DNA from: a virus | Length of the DNA: 64,000 nt | Virus record (IMG/VR): IMGVR_UViG_3300048014_000353 | Coordinates: 32,001-96,000 of that record | Reading direction: 5' to 3' (one strand) | Part shown: positions 17,046-26,250 of the stretch, piece after piece | Layout of the letters: each line of letters begins with the position of its first letter | How positions within the stretch are numbered: the stretch's first letter is position 1 | Notes under the pieces: generated by a model | The model's database searches: none | What the model was told of the DNA's origin: nothing | The model's input: the letters and a program-made list of their open reading frames with translations, nothing else | Made by a program: the position numbers and the translations under genes

Positions 17046-17912
17046 TTACGCCGCCGCCTCCTGCGCCTCGCGCCGCCGGCAGCGGCTCCCCGGCCGCGCC
17101 ATCCGGTCGGCGACGACGGCGTCCACGGCCGCGCACGCGAGCACGTACGGCTTCTTTTTCATGGGCAGGAGCCCGCCGTCGCGGAGCCAGATGCGCAGGG
17201 TCTCGCGCGAGATCCGCACGCGGAGCTCCGCCTCCCGAAGGCTCTCGGTCCCCTCGGTGGGCGGGTCGCGGCGCTCGGCGACGATCTGGTCGATGACCAC
17301 GCTCGGCACGCGCCAGGACGTTCCGCGCGCTCCCTTCCGCGCGACGCCCGCTTCCTTCAGCCAATCCCGGAGCGTGCTCGACGAGATGCCGCGCGCGCGG
17401 GCGGCCGGATGCACGATCTCGCTTGCGAGCCACGCCTGCACGGCGTCGTCGGCGTCCATCGAATCGACGAAGCGCTTGGCCGCCCCCTTCCGCGCCCGCG
17501 TCCCTCGGTGGAAGGTCTGGATGCGCTTGGTCTTGATCCCCATGGCCGCCAGGATTCGGCGGAAGGACGCGCCCGTATATCCGCAGCGGGCGGCCGCCGC
17601 GCTCACCGACTCGCATCCTTGCGGCACGCCGCGCGGCAGCTCGAGTTGGCCCACGCGCTCGTAGACCGCGTAACGACCGCGGCCGAGTCGGCGGGCAATC
17701 TGGTCGAGCGTTGCCTCCTGCCACTCGCTCCGAAGGAACTGGTCCTCGTCCGCGGTCCAGTGCCGCCGGACTGCGAGCCCGAGGACACGGACACGGTGAA
17801 AGACCGCCGCGCGCGAGCGGTGCGGGAGCGCGGCGTGGGTGGCCTTGACGCTCTTGGCGTAGAGCGCGCGCAAGATAGCGTCCTCCTCCGAGGTCCAGCG
17901 CACGCCGTTCAT
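17046..17912 (-). CDS. Multi-HTH DNA-binding protein (2 Myb/SANT-like plus 3 excisionase/MerR-like repeats)
   Basis: WTSEEDAIL and WTADEDQFL repeats; SVSAAAARCGYTGASFRRIL, AARARGISSSTLRDWLK, SLREAELRVRISRETLRIWLR. Confidence 0.75.
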   Translation of the reverse strand: MNGVRWTSEEDAILRALYAKSVKATHAALPHRSRAAVFHRVRVLGLAVRRHWTADEDQFLRSEWQEATLDQIARRLGRGRYAVYERVGQLELPRGVPQGCESVSAAAARCGYTGASFRRILAAMGIKTKRIQTFHRGTRARKGAAKRFVDSMDADDAVQAWLASEIVHPAARARGISSSTLRDWLKEAGVARKGARGTSWRVPSVVIDQIVAERRDPPTEGTESLREAELRVRISRETLRIWLRDGGLLPMKKKPYVLACAAVDAVVADRMARPGSRCRRREAQEAAA

Positions 17913-18061
17913 GCGCGCCTCCGAAAGGCCGTGACGACGTCCACGCTCGGCGTCTCGGCGCGCCGGGCGACCACAGGCCCCTCGTCGCTTCGACGAAGGA
18001 GGTGCCGCCGGTACAACCAGCCAATGACCAATGCAACCGCGACAACGTCGGACACGTACAT
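17909..18061 (-). CDS. Small single-TM protein
   Basis: MYVSDVVAVALVIGWLYRR; ATGA overlap downstream. Confidence 0.5.
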   Translation of the reverse strand: MYVSDVVAVALVIGWLYRRHLLRRSDEGPVVARRAETPSVDVVTAFRRRA

Positions 18062-18075
18062 CCTGCGCTCCTGCA

Positions 18076-18093
18076 TGACTCGCAAACGAGTCA
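18076..18093. promoter_or_regulatory. Operator-like palindrome, family A (perfect)
   Basis: TGACTCG-CAAA-CGAGTCA. Confidence 0.7.
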
Positions 18094-18211
18094 GTCCATC
18101 CACGGGGCACACGCTCGCTCGAGATGCGTCGGCCACATCCGAGGGCAACGCGATCGGCTAGAACGCCACGTCTCAGCCGACGCGTCGTTCGTCGCGGGGC
18201 AAGCCCCACGT

Positions 18212-18229
18212 TGACTCGATTACTAGTCG
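18212..18229. promoter_or_regulatory. Operator-like palindrome, family A
   Basis: TGACTCG-ATTA-CTAGTCG in an AT-richer intergenic gap. Confidence 0.6.
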
Positions 18230-18334
18230 AGTGTGAGCGGTGGGGGTAAGTTTCAATGGCGTCTCAATGGTAGAGATGAGGCGAATTTGTGCGATCTCCG
18301 CGTGAGACGAGGCGTATTCGCGCCGACCGTGTCT

Positions 18335-18787
18335 TCAACCTTCGTCGGGCACGAGGCGCGGTAGATCGCCGTGGTGCACGCGGCTCGCGTCGGCGATCGA
18401 CGTGCCGCACCGGTAGCAGCCCGCGAGCGCTTTGGCGCTGGCGGGGATCGCCTGCGAGTAGAGCTCGTCGTCGTTGCAGAACGGACAGAGCGGCCAGCCG
18501 TCCTCGCGGAGCGCGCAGACGTCATAGCGGTGAAGGCCGTCCTTGCCGCCGAGCCCTTGCAGCTTCTTGGCATCGGCCTCGGCATCCGCGCGCGTCACGA
18601 AGCGGCCGTGGGCGCACGACGAAAGGAAATAACCGTGCTCGCGTCGAGCGCGGCACTTCAGGCACGGCGTCTGGACGCAGGAGACGACGACGGCCCACCG
18701 CGCGATCTCGCCCGCGCAGTCGGCGCATGGGCACCGCGGGACCCACGCGGGGGGCTTTTCGAACGCATCGTCCCTCACCAGCCCCAC
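18335..18787 (-). CDS. Cys-rich zinc-binding hypothetical protein
   Basis: Several CxxC pairs (CADC, CLKC, CPFC, CYRC). Confidence 0.65.
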   Translation of the reverse strand: MGLVRDDAFEKPPAWVPRCPCADCAGEIARWAVVVSCVQTPCLKCRARREHGYFLSSCAHGRFVTRADAEADAKKLQGLGGKDGLHRYDVCALREDGWPLCPFCNDDELYSQAIPASAKALAGCYRCGTSIADASRVHHGDLPRLVPDEG

Positions 18788-19311
18788 CAGCCTTTGATCT
18801 TGGCGACGGGAATCTCGTACAGCATGCCGTTGCCCCCTTCGCCGTAGATCCCCGTGACCGAAACGTTGCTCATGTAGGCCCGAAAGCGTGCCTCAACAAT
18901 CGAAGGAGAGTCGTCGGTCGAGAAACGGCCGAGCGCGCAGTCGGAGGAATCGCAGTCAAACCAGAGATACCACCACTCATCCCGCGGATGGCGAGCGGGG
19001 CGGCAGAGAAGCGCGACGTCGTCACCGAGCTCTCCGAGCCTCGTATGGTGTTGGCCCATGTTGGCGACGTTCGCCGCGAGCTTGAACGGGTCGGGCTCGT
19101 AGCGCGAGATCAGGAACGCGACGACAGGCGTGAGGTACGGCGTCCATGCGGAGAGGAACGACTCGGCGACGTACTCGACCTTCCACCCCGTGTTCCTCCT
19201 AGTGAGGTCGATCCGCATGTCTTCCCAGTCCGTAGGGTCGGGATATTCGCACCGCGAGGGCATGTAGTTGAAGAACGCGTCCGTGTCGTCGCCCGAGGAG
19301 ATCATGGACAT
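18775..19311 (-). CDS. Hypothetical protein
   Basis: Globular, aromatic-rich ORF overlapping both neighbours. Confidence 0.7.
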   Translation of the reverse strand: MSMISSGDDTDAFFNYMPSRCEYPDPTDWEDMRIDLTRRNTGWKVEYVAESFLSAWTPYLTPVVAFLISRYEPDPFKLAANVANMGQHHTRLGELGDDVALLCRPARHPRDEWWYLWFDCDSSDCALGRFSTDDSPSIVEARFRAYMSNVSVTGIYGEGGNGMLYEIPVAKIKGWWGW

Positions 19312-19838
19312 GCGGGAGCCTCCAGCGACTTCATCGCCTGCACGTACCAGACGTTGTCGATGTCCTTGTCCGTGATCTGCACGAGGTCCTCGGGCTTGCC
19401 GAGCACGCCCCACCACGACTCGCATCCGAAGACGATGCGCTTCAAGTCGGGCACCCAGATGGCCGGGTTGTGGAACGCATGGGAGACCTCGAGCACGCCG
19501 GTCTGCGCGTGGAATCGGGCGGACGCCTGGAGCGCGATGTCGCCGAGGTAGATCCCGAGGTACGTCTTCTTCTCGTCGGTGCAGGGGCGTACCGCCACGA
19601 AGCGGCCGACGGTCTTCCGTCCGTAGTGGATGACCTCTGACTCGGCGTTCGTGATCCCCATGACCTCGATCGGGTACGTGATGCGCTCGAGCGGCTCCGC
19701 GAGCATCTCAGCCATCCAATCGACGCACGCCTTCTTATCGTCGGGCGCCGTCAGCGACGCCTTGTAGGCGGCGGCGATCTTCGCGTCGATCGCTTTTTGC
19801 TGCGCGTGGAGCTTCTTGAGTTCTTTCTTCGGATTCAT
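19302..19838 (-). CDS. Conserved hypothetical protein
   Basis: FVAVRPC...KTYLGIYLGD...NPAIWVPDLKRIVFGCESWW...ITDKDIDNVWYV. Confidence 0.75.
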   Translation of the reverse strand: MNPKKELKKLHAQQKAIDAKIAAAYKASLTAPDDKKACVDWMAEMLAEPLERITYPIEVMGITNAESEVIHYGRKTVGRFVAVRPCTDEKKTYLGIYLGDIALQASARFHAQTGVLEVSHAFHNPAIWVPDLKRIVFGCESWWGVLGKPEDLVQITDKDIDNVWYVQAMKSLEAPACP

Positions 19839-20176
19839 GGGGACCCTCGGCGCCGGCGCGCCCGTTCGATGCGTTGAAAGACGTCCGCGCGTGTCGCGCA
19901 TTCGCATGGGGCGCCCACATTGGCTTCGCAAAGCGCGCGAACCTCGGGCCAAGGCTTCGCATGCAGCGCGAGCTCCGCGCGCAACGCCGCGCGCGCTTCG
20001 CTCTCTTTGCGGCGAACATCGGCGAAGAAGTCGCGGGTCTCGTCGACCACGCGGCGCTGTCTGTCCTCCTCAATGGCATCGGCTTCACGATGCCTACGCT
20101 CGACGAGCGCCGAAACGGCGAACACGAAGACGAGTTCGAACAAGACAGCGCAGCCGAGGATCGGTAGGTCGCTCAC
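19835..20176 (-). CDS. Single-TM hypothetical protein
   Basis: N-terminal TM helix followed by coiled coil. Confidence 0.6.
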   Translation of the reverse strand: MSDLPILGCAVLFELVFVFAVSALVERRHREADAIEEDRQRRVVDETRDFFADVRRKESEARAALRAELALHAKPWPEVRALCEANVGAPCECATRADVFQRIERARRRRGSP

Positions 20177-20604
20177 GCTCCGCAGCCTTCCTCACGGTTG
20201 GCGCGCGCGAGGGCGCGCCGAATGGCATCGGCTCTTGCCTCCGAGAGTCCCACGCCCTCGAACGCCGCGAGCACCGCGACCCACCGCGGCGGGTGGCTGA
20301 GGTCGAGGAACATCGGCCACCCCCCAAAGCAGGGCGTTTCCGAACACCCCAACGTGGACAGGGACATCGCGTCGATGTCGGCGCCCGGCTTTGCGAGGGT
20401 GAAGGCGAGCAGGCTCGCGAACGCGTGCGCGCCGAGGGTGAGCCCGTGCACCTTCAGGCCCTCATAGCGGTAGGCCTCCACGAGGCGCAGGGCACGGTCG
20501 GGCGCCGACGCGTCGTAGGGGATGGTCGCGGGGGGAGTCGGGGGCCCAGGAGGGGCCCCTGGCAGCCTGTATCGCCAGTCCGGTGTGCTCGGGTAGACCT
20601 TCAC
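20173..20604 (-). CDS. Hypothetical protein
   Basis: GTGA-coupled start; GC3-rich. Confidence 0.55.
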   Translation of the reverse strand: MKVYPSTPDWRYRLPGAPPGPPTPPATIPYDASAPDRALRLVEAYRYEGLKVHGLTLGAHAFASLLAFTLAKPGADIDAMSLSTLGCSETPCFGGWPMFLDLSHPPRWVAVLAAFEGVGLSEARADAIRRALARANREEGCGA

Positions 20605-20981
20605 GTGGTCGTCGTCGCGCGTCTCCGCTTCCGCTTGGAGCATGCCAGCTCCCCCTGTCGTCGCAGCGCGCGGTTCTCTTCGAGAAGCGCGGAGCACCGC
20701 GCCTGGGTGGATGAGAGGTTGTCGAGCATCGTGTCGTGGTCGGCGATGACGTGCGCGATGGCTTCGTTGACGGTGTCGTCGTGGGCGACGAGCTCGCGCA
20801 GGCGGACCACCGCGCTTCGGAACGTTGGCCTAGCCTCGATGGCAGGGCCGTCCGACTTGAACGCCCCGCACGCTTCGCACCCGGCTTCGACGACGGGGCT
20901 AGCGTTGCGGTGGTCGCAGACGGGGCAGACGCCCCGCTGCGCGTCGGGTCGAACGTCTCTCACGGTGAGGGTCTTCGTCAT
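20601..20981 (-). CDS. Zinc-ribbon plus coiled-coil protein
   Basis: CPVC...CEAC followed by heptad repeats. Confidence 0.6.
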   Translation of the reverse strand: MTKTLTVRDVRPDAQRGVCPVCDHRNASPVVEAGCEACGAFKSDGPAIEARPTFRSAVVRLRELVAHDDTVNEAIAHVIADHDTMLDNLSSTQARCSALLEENRALRRQGELACSKRKRRRATTTT

Positions 20982-21421
20982 CGGCGGTCTCCTTCGGCGG
21001 CGAGCGGAAGCGACTCCATCCACTGGCGGATCTCTTCCATGCGGCCCCGCGCAGCGTCCATCCGCTCGTGGGTCTCGGCGTACGTCTTGTCCGTGACGCC
21101 GGACGTACTGAGGTCTCGACGGAACGCGCGGACGTTGCGGAGCTCGTAGTGAATGGCGGCGAGCATCGACGCCTCGCGCACCTCCATCGGCGTCATCTGC
21201 GTCGAATGGATCACGCTCTCGAGCATGTCCACCACGTGATGGAACGCGACGTCGTGTTCGTAACGGTACTCCGGCGGGTACAGCGGACGTGCGGCTGCGC
21301 GCTGCGGAGCTTCGACGAGCGCGGGGGAAGGGGAGATCTCGACGCCGCAGCCGGGGCACGTCGGGTCGTTGGGGGCGATGACCGCGCCGCACCGGCAGCG
21401 GGAGGATGTGCGGACGCTCAT
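20978..21421 (-). CDS. Zinc-ribbon hypothetical protein
   Basis: CRCG...CPGCG at the N-terminus; ATGA overlaps. Confidence 0.65.
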   Translation of the reverse strand: MSVRTSSRCRCGAVIAPNDPTCPGCGVEISPSPALVEAPQRAAARPLYPPEYRYEHDVAFHHVVDMLESVIHSTQMTPMEVREASMLAAIHYELRNVRAFRRDLSTSGVTDKTYAETHERMDAARGRMEEIRQWMESLPLAAEGDRR

Positions 21422-22323
21422 CGGCCCCGCGCGCATGCGATGCGTTCAGCGCGGAAGATCCGAACGGCGCGCCGAAGCGCCTCGTGTCGAAGCGCGCGTT
21501 CGCGCTGCCAGGCGACCACGAAGGCGCGCGCACGTCGATCGTCCGTGTCGGCCGTTCGATCGTGGTACGGCGCGTCCCCGAAGGTGGCGAGCTGGGGTCG
21601 ATTGGCGTGCCAGCCGTCCGGTGACGTCGGCCTGTAGGAGTTGTATGGGAGCCCCTTGCCGGACCTGTTGCGGACCGTCTCGCTCACGCGTTCGACGATC
21701 GCGATGACGCGCGGATCGGTGTTGAAGATGGCTCTCGCAAGGTGCTTCACGTCGAAGATGCGATAGTCGGACTTCCGCGAGGGCATCGGTGCGCAACCAT
21801 GGTCTGAGCTCGGCTCCATGAGCGAGTCGGCGATCGGAGCAGGCTCAATGGGCTGCGTCGTCGCTCTGGCCAGCAGAAGCCTCGGTTGTTGCAAGCGCCA
21901 GCGCTGGGCCGCAATCATATTTCTCGGCCCGTAATCGACTAGGTCCATCCACTGATCGGCTGTGACCTTGCTGGTCCAGTCGTCTTCCGAACGATCGAGG
22001 ATCGTAAGGGTACGTGGGCCGAGCATCGACACGGAGGTCAAGTCACAACCCTGGAGCCGGGTGCCAAGGTCCCACTCGAACGTTGCGATGGCGTTTTCGA
22101 TACCTTGTGCAACGCGCAGCCTGTCTTCGGTACTGAGTTCGCGCCAAAGGTCTGATGCGTAGAGGACGTCACCTACCAGTGTGCGAAGCCGCCTGGGAGT
22201 TACGAACTGGACCGGCAACGCCGGCGCATCGAGTGCTGGGTCGTACGCGCAGGGAAAGCCTCGCAATCGTACGACCTCGTCGTCCAGCGCGAGCTGCAAG
22301 AGCTGAAGGTTCGCTGTCGTCAT
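21418..22323 (-). CDS. Hypothetical protein (301 aa, atypical codon usage)
   Basis: Long ORF coupled at both ends; more A/T third positions than its neighbours (by eye). Confidence 0.6.
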   Translation of the reverse strand: MTTANLQLLQLALDDEVVRLRGFPCAYDPALDAPALPVQFVTPRRLRTLVGDVLYASDLWRELSTEDRLRVAQGIENAIATFEWDLGTRLQGCDLTSVSMLGPRTLTILDRSEDDWTSKVTADQWMDLVDYGPRNMIAAQRWRLQQPRLLLARATTQPIEPAPIADSLMEPSSDHGCAPMPSRKSDYRIFDVKHLARAIFNTDPRVIAIVERVSETVRNRSGKGLPYNSYRPTSPDGWHANRPQLATFGDAPYHDRTADTDDRRARAFVVAWQRERALRHEALRRAVRIFRAERIACARGR

Positions 22324-22745
22324 CCGGTCGTCTCCTTCGGTTCGGTGCTTTCAGGCAGTCGGTCCCCTTCGCCGAGCGTCATCGTGAGGAGCGGGTCGCA
22401 CGAGGAACGAAGGACCGGGTCGCACTCGGAGAGATTCGCGCGCGCCTTGGCGAGCGCGAGGGCGACGGCGCGCACTCGCTTCGCGAGCGTGTGGAGGTTC
22501 TCGTCTTCGAGCGCGCGCTCGAGTTCCGTGAGGCCGGCGTCGTCGATCGCCTGGTCGCGATCCTCACGGAGTCTCTGCACCGTCCGGCGTTCGGCGTCGA
22601 GCGCGCTCAGTAGCCGCCGTACGGCCTCCTTCGTGATGTCCGTGTGGCAGACGTAGGGGTCGGCGAACCACGCGCGGATCTGCTCCACAGTCTCGAGCTT
22701 CGACAGGACTGCGCGGGTCTCGTCGTCCCAACCCCGGTTCGTCAT
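22320..22745 (-). CDS. Coiled-coil hypothetical protein
   Basis: Heptad-rich central region; coupled to the downstream gene. Confidence 0.6.
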   Translation of the reverse strand: MTNRGWDDETRAVLSKLETVEQIRAWFADPYVCHTDITKEAVRRLLSALDAERRTVQRLREDRDQAIDDAGLTELERALEDENLHTLAKRVRAVALALAKARANLSECDPVLRSSCDPLLTMTLGEGDRLPESTEPKETTG

Positions 22746-22796
22746 AGCGGCTACTCCCACGTTTCCTTTGCCTGAATAATCTGCGACGGATGCACT

Positions 22797-23138
22797 TCAC
22801 CGGCCATGGGCTTCTCTTTCTTCGGTCGTCGTCGCGAGGTCTTCCCCGGCCGCACGCGCGCGAGCCATGCGAATCGCGGCCTCTTTGGACTCGAAGCGAG
22901 CGGTGTTCGTGCCATCGACCGTCCGTGCGACCCAGTAGCCTGGGCGGATCTCGAAGACCTCCCAATCGTCCCGCTTCCCCTTGAAATGGAAGCACGTCGC
23001 CGACGCGAGCGCGCGCTCCTCCGCTTCGTCGAGCAGCTGCGCGAGGGAGGCGCGGTCGCGCCCGTACGCCCAATCACTCCGGTCTTTGGCGAGGCCGTTG
23101 GTTCGGAGCCACGCGCCCGCCCGCTCGAGGTTCGTCAT
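22797..23138 (-). CDS. Hypothetical protein
   Basis: ATGA overlap with the DUF4419 stop. Confidence 0.55.
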   Translation of the reverse strand: MTNLERAGAWLRTNGLAKDRSDWAYGRDRASLAQLLDEAEERALASATCFHFKGKRDDWEVFEIRPGYWVARTVDGTNTARFESKEAAIRMARARAAGEDLATTTEEREAHGR

Positions 23139-24220
23139 CGCGATCGCCCTTCTTTCGACGCCTCTTGGTCCGCGATGCCCCATCCGATGGTCGGCCGCAC
23201 GGCCAGCGTGAGGGGGTCCTGGGTCGCCCCTACGAAGCCCCCGAGAAAGTGCATCTCGTAGGTGGTCGCGAAGTAGTGCCACTTGAATGGCACCTTCGCG
23301 AGACCGACCGGGAAGTCCCCCGTGCTCGGAAGACGCCCGAAACGCGGACTACCTGCCGGCTTCTGCCAGGCGACCGCTAGGTCGTTCGGTCGGAGCCCCG
23401 GGCCTCGGCCCACGAGGTATGGGAAGAACGCGTTGACCGCGCCGCTCACGAAGGGGCCGCCCGAGCCGCCCGCTGTCTTGTAGAAGCTCTCCCAGAACGC
23501 GGGGTCGGCGTTCCCCCTCATCGCCGAGACGAAGTGGTCGAGCACGCCGGTGAGCGACGCGATCCAGGGCTCGCACTCGTACTCGCCGAGCGCAGACGCG
23601 CGTTCGCGGATCTGCCGCCAATCGTCCTGGGTCCCAAGGAGGGTGATGCTCGGGATCCCGCAGCACGTTTGCATGCCGTACGTGAAATACTGGCGCATCG
23701 CGTCCAGGAGCACGATCTCAGAGGCCGCCTTCTCGACGACGCCCGTGGTCGAGAACGCCGAAACGACCAGGTCGCGTTTCTTGCCGATGTGCTCGGCGAT
23801 GCGGTCGGAGAATTCCCCGAACGCGCCCGTCCAGTCGTTGTCCAGCGAGCCTTTGACGAAGTCGTCGCGTCGGATCTCGATGTACTTCTGCCCCTCGTGC
23901 GTCACGAAGCGCGAGCGGAGCTTTTCCGCGTTAGCGTTCACGTAGTGGGCGAAGCCCTGCGCGATCGCCAGCCACACGTCGTCCGGCGAGAGCACGAGCG
24001 GGTAGTGGTCCGCGTACGCGCGATGGACGGCGTTCAGAAAGCCGTTGGTCTCGGAGGCATAGAACCGCTCGTAGCGGCGTTCGCCGATGACCTCCTGGCC
24101 GTTCGCCCCGAAGGCCTCGACCTGCACACGGCAGGTGCCGTGAATCGCTAGGGCGACGGGCCCCTGAGAGAGCTTGCCCGGCTCCCCCAGCGCAACCTTG
24201 CTCACGTCGAACGTTGTCAT
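23135..24220 (-). CDS. DUF4419 family protein
   Basis: GFLNAVHRAYADHYPLVLSPDDVWLAIAQGF, FSTTG, CGIPSITLLGTQDDW, GGFVGATQ. Confidence 0.88.
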   Translation of the reverse strand: MTTFDVSKVALGEPGKLSQGPVALAIHGTCRVQVEAFGANGQEVIGERRYERFYASETNGFLNAVHRAYADHYPLVLSPDDVWLAIAQGFAHYVNANAEKLRSRFVTHEGQKYIEIRRDDFVKGSLDNDWTGAFGEFSDRIAEHIGKKRDLVVSAFSTTGVVEKAASEIVLLDAMRQYFTYGMQTCCGIPSITLLGTQDDWRQIRERASALGEYECEPWIASLTGVLDHFVSAMRGNADPAFWESFYKTAGGSGGPFVSGAVNAFFPYLVGRGPGLRPNDLAVAWQKPAGSPRFGRLPSTGDFPVGLAKVPFKWHYFATTYEMHFLGGFVGATQDPLTLAVRPTIGWGIADQEASKEGRSR

Positions 24221-24245
24221 GGTGGTTCCCTTTCCCTGGGAGTCG

Positions 24246-24620
24246 CTAGCTGCCGTCGATGCTGGTCTTCCCGTCGTCGCGCGTCTCGCTGAAGACGATG
24301 CCGGCCGCGAGCGATCGGAGCTTGCTGGGCTTCACCGGTGTCCGGCGAAAGCGGATCGTGAGGGTCGAGCCGTCGTGGCACTCGGCCTTGAAGGTCCCAA
24401 GCGACGGGTTTTCTTTCTTCGCCGCCTCGACCAGGCGCGCGACGGCCGCCGTGAGGCTGTCGGTGTGAATGTCGTAGGGGGTCTCGGGAGCCAAGAGTCG
24501 GGCGCGAAGCACACGCACGCATTTCATCGGATTGTCGTGCGAGCCGAGGTTGTCCGGACCGACGATGACCCCATCGCAATTCACGCAGACGTTCGCCTCG
24601 GCCACTTGCCCCGTCGTCAT
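24246..24620 (-). CDS. Hypothetical protein
   Basis: CVNC...H...C motif; ATGA-coupled start. Confidence 0.6.
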   Translation of the reverse strand: MTTGQVAEANVCVNCDGVIVGPDNLGSHDNPMKCVRVLRARLLAPETPYDIHTDSLTAAVARLVEAAKKENPSLGTFKAECHDGSTLTIRFRRTPVKPSKLRSLAAGIVFSETRDDGKTSIDGS

Positions 24621-25213
24621 TCGGCCTCTCCATCGCAAGCGCGGGCGAGCGCCGCCCGAAGCGCGGTCCGCAGGTGGTCACGTTCCTTCGTGAGCTCGTC
24701 GCAGCGGGTCTCGGCGAGCGCGAGACGTCCTTTCAGCGTTCGGACGTAGCCTCCGATCCACTCACGAAGCGACTCGACCCCGCGCACAAGCCCAAGTGAC
24801 TCGGCTTCGACCGACGACGCGTCGAGCGCGGCGCGCGCCCCGCGAAGGTCGCGGCTCTCGTTCCACGCGGCCCGGAGCGCGGCAGCCATCTCGGCCACGT
24901 CCGCCCATGCGAACGCGAGGAACGTCGCGTCGGCGAGGATCTGCCCGTCGTCCCGGTAGTCGTTCGGGTCGAACCGCAGATGCGAGGAACGAGCCTCCCC
25001 AAGCGAGCCGCTCATCCACGCGAGGAAGCGCGGAGAGGGCGAGGGGCGCCCGGACTTCTCTGCCGGCCAAACGAAGTCCTGCGCGGTTCGGATCCAGTAG
25101 TGCACGGAATCTTCGTGCACACTCTTCTCGACGCGGAACGGCCCCGCGGTCGCAGCCCGGTGCCGCGCCTCGATCGCCTTCAGCCACGCTTCGCCCCGCG
25201 TGTCGTCAGCCAT
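24617..25213 (-). CDS. Ead/Ea22-like protein
   Basis: LKAIEARHRAATAGPF...DATFLAFAWADVAEMAAALR followed by coiled coil. Confidence 0.6.
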   Translation of the reverse strand: MADDTRGEAWLKAIEARHRAATAGPFRVEKSVHEDSVHYWIRTAQDFVWPAEKSGRPSPSPRFLAWMSGSLGEARSSHLRFDPNDYRDDGQILADATFLAFAWADVAEMAAALRAAWNESRDLRGARAALDASSVEAESLGLVRGVESLREWIGGYVRTLKGRLALAETRCDELTKERDHLRTALRAALARACDGEAE

Positions 25214-25250
25214 GCTGCCTGCTCCCCGCGCGCGCAACGCTCGCGCCGAA

Positions 25251-25268
25251 CGACTAGTATCCTAGTCA
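25251..25268. promoter_or_regulatory. Operator-like palindrome, family A
   Basis: CGACTAG-TATC-CTAGTCA upstream of 24617-25213. Confidence 0.65.
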
Positions 25269-25465
25269 CACGAAAAAGTGAAGAGGGATTCGCGCGCAGG
25301 CGCGTTCATGGCAACGCGAAGGGGGGGCGGGAGTCTCCGGCGGGCGGCCCAGATCGTCACGGGAACTCCCCGCCGTCTTCGCGCATGTACGCCTCGAACT
25401 CCGAGAGAAACGTCCTCGCAACGTCGACGTTACCGACAAACAGACCAACTCGTGCTCGTCTTCGC

Positions 25466-25648
25466 TCATCGGAGCAGCCTTTCCGAAATCACCTTCCCGA
25501 GGAACAAACCAAGTGCTGTGCCCACGATGACCAAAGCGACCCGGAGCCGATACGATTGTTCGCCAATTCGTCGGACTCGCTCCGCGATGGCGTAGGGCGT
25601 GAGCATCGCGGGACGAGCGCTCGTTCGGTACAGATTTTCATTCTTCAT
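25466..25648 (-). CDS. Small C-terminal-TM protein
   Basis: ALVIVGTALGLFLG hydrophobic helix; ATGA-coupled. Confidence 0.5.
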   Translation of the reverse strand: MKNENLYRTSARPAMLTPYAIAERVRRIGEQSYRLRVALVIVGTALGLFLGKVISERLLR

Positions 25649-25875
25649 CGCGCGCACCCCTTTGGACACGGTCGAATCTCATGCCGGCGCGCCCCTTCGC
25701 GCAGGCGACCCACACGGGTCGTGGGGAAGCGGTACGGCATCCACTCGCTCCAGTCCCAGCGCCCGGCGCCCCACCGAGCGACCAGACCCGAGCCACGGCA
25801 GTCGGGGCAGGAGAGGGAAGACGTGGCGGACGTGGCGGTCACGGGCGGGCTCCCCAGGGATGCGGGTAGGCCCAA
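25645..25875 (-). CDS. Small CxxCxGxG zinc-finger protein
   Basis: CPDCRGSG and C-terminal CPKGC. Confidence 0.5.
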   Translation of the reverse strand: MGLPASLGSPPVTATSATSSLSCPDCRGSGLVARWGAGRWDWSEWMPYRFPTTRVGRLREGARRHEIRPCPKGCAR

Positions 25876-26120
25876 TGCCCCTCCAGATTGATGCCGGGCA
25901 TCCTCACGTGCTCGGACGCGAACTGGAGCGCCCTGGTGGCTGCCTCATCGGGTTTACCTGCCTGCGCCTGGCATCGATCCCCGTTGATCAGGCTCGTGAT
26001 TCGGCACTCCCAGTAGTGGTATGGCTCCTCTCCGACCTTGCGGAGCGCCACGCGAACCTTCTTCGGGTCCGCGCGGAAGCGAACATAGGTCCCGATCCTC
26101 AGGATGATACTATCGCTCAC
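25839..26120 (-). CDS. Hypothetical protein
   Basis: GGAGG RBS upstream; beta-rich globular composition. Confidence 0.55.
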   Translation of the reverse strand: MSDSIILRIGTYVRFRADPKKVRVALRKVGEEPYHYWECRITSLINGDRCQAQAGKPDEAATRALQFASEHVRMPGINLEGHWAYPHPWGARP

Positions 26121-26250
26121 AACGTGCCTCCGTCCAACACCGCCGGCACGCAGCGATCCCCTTCGGCGATGGCCCCGCCACGTCCCTCGCAGAGGCCGCT
26201 CCTGCGCTCCTCCGGGAGCACGATCCGAATCTCGACGGTCTTCGCGCCGC

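Noticed and set aside
25357-25469. Possible 37-aa gene one base short
   Set aside because: Too short to distinguish from noise without homologs.
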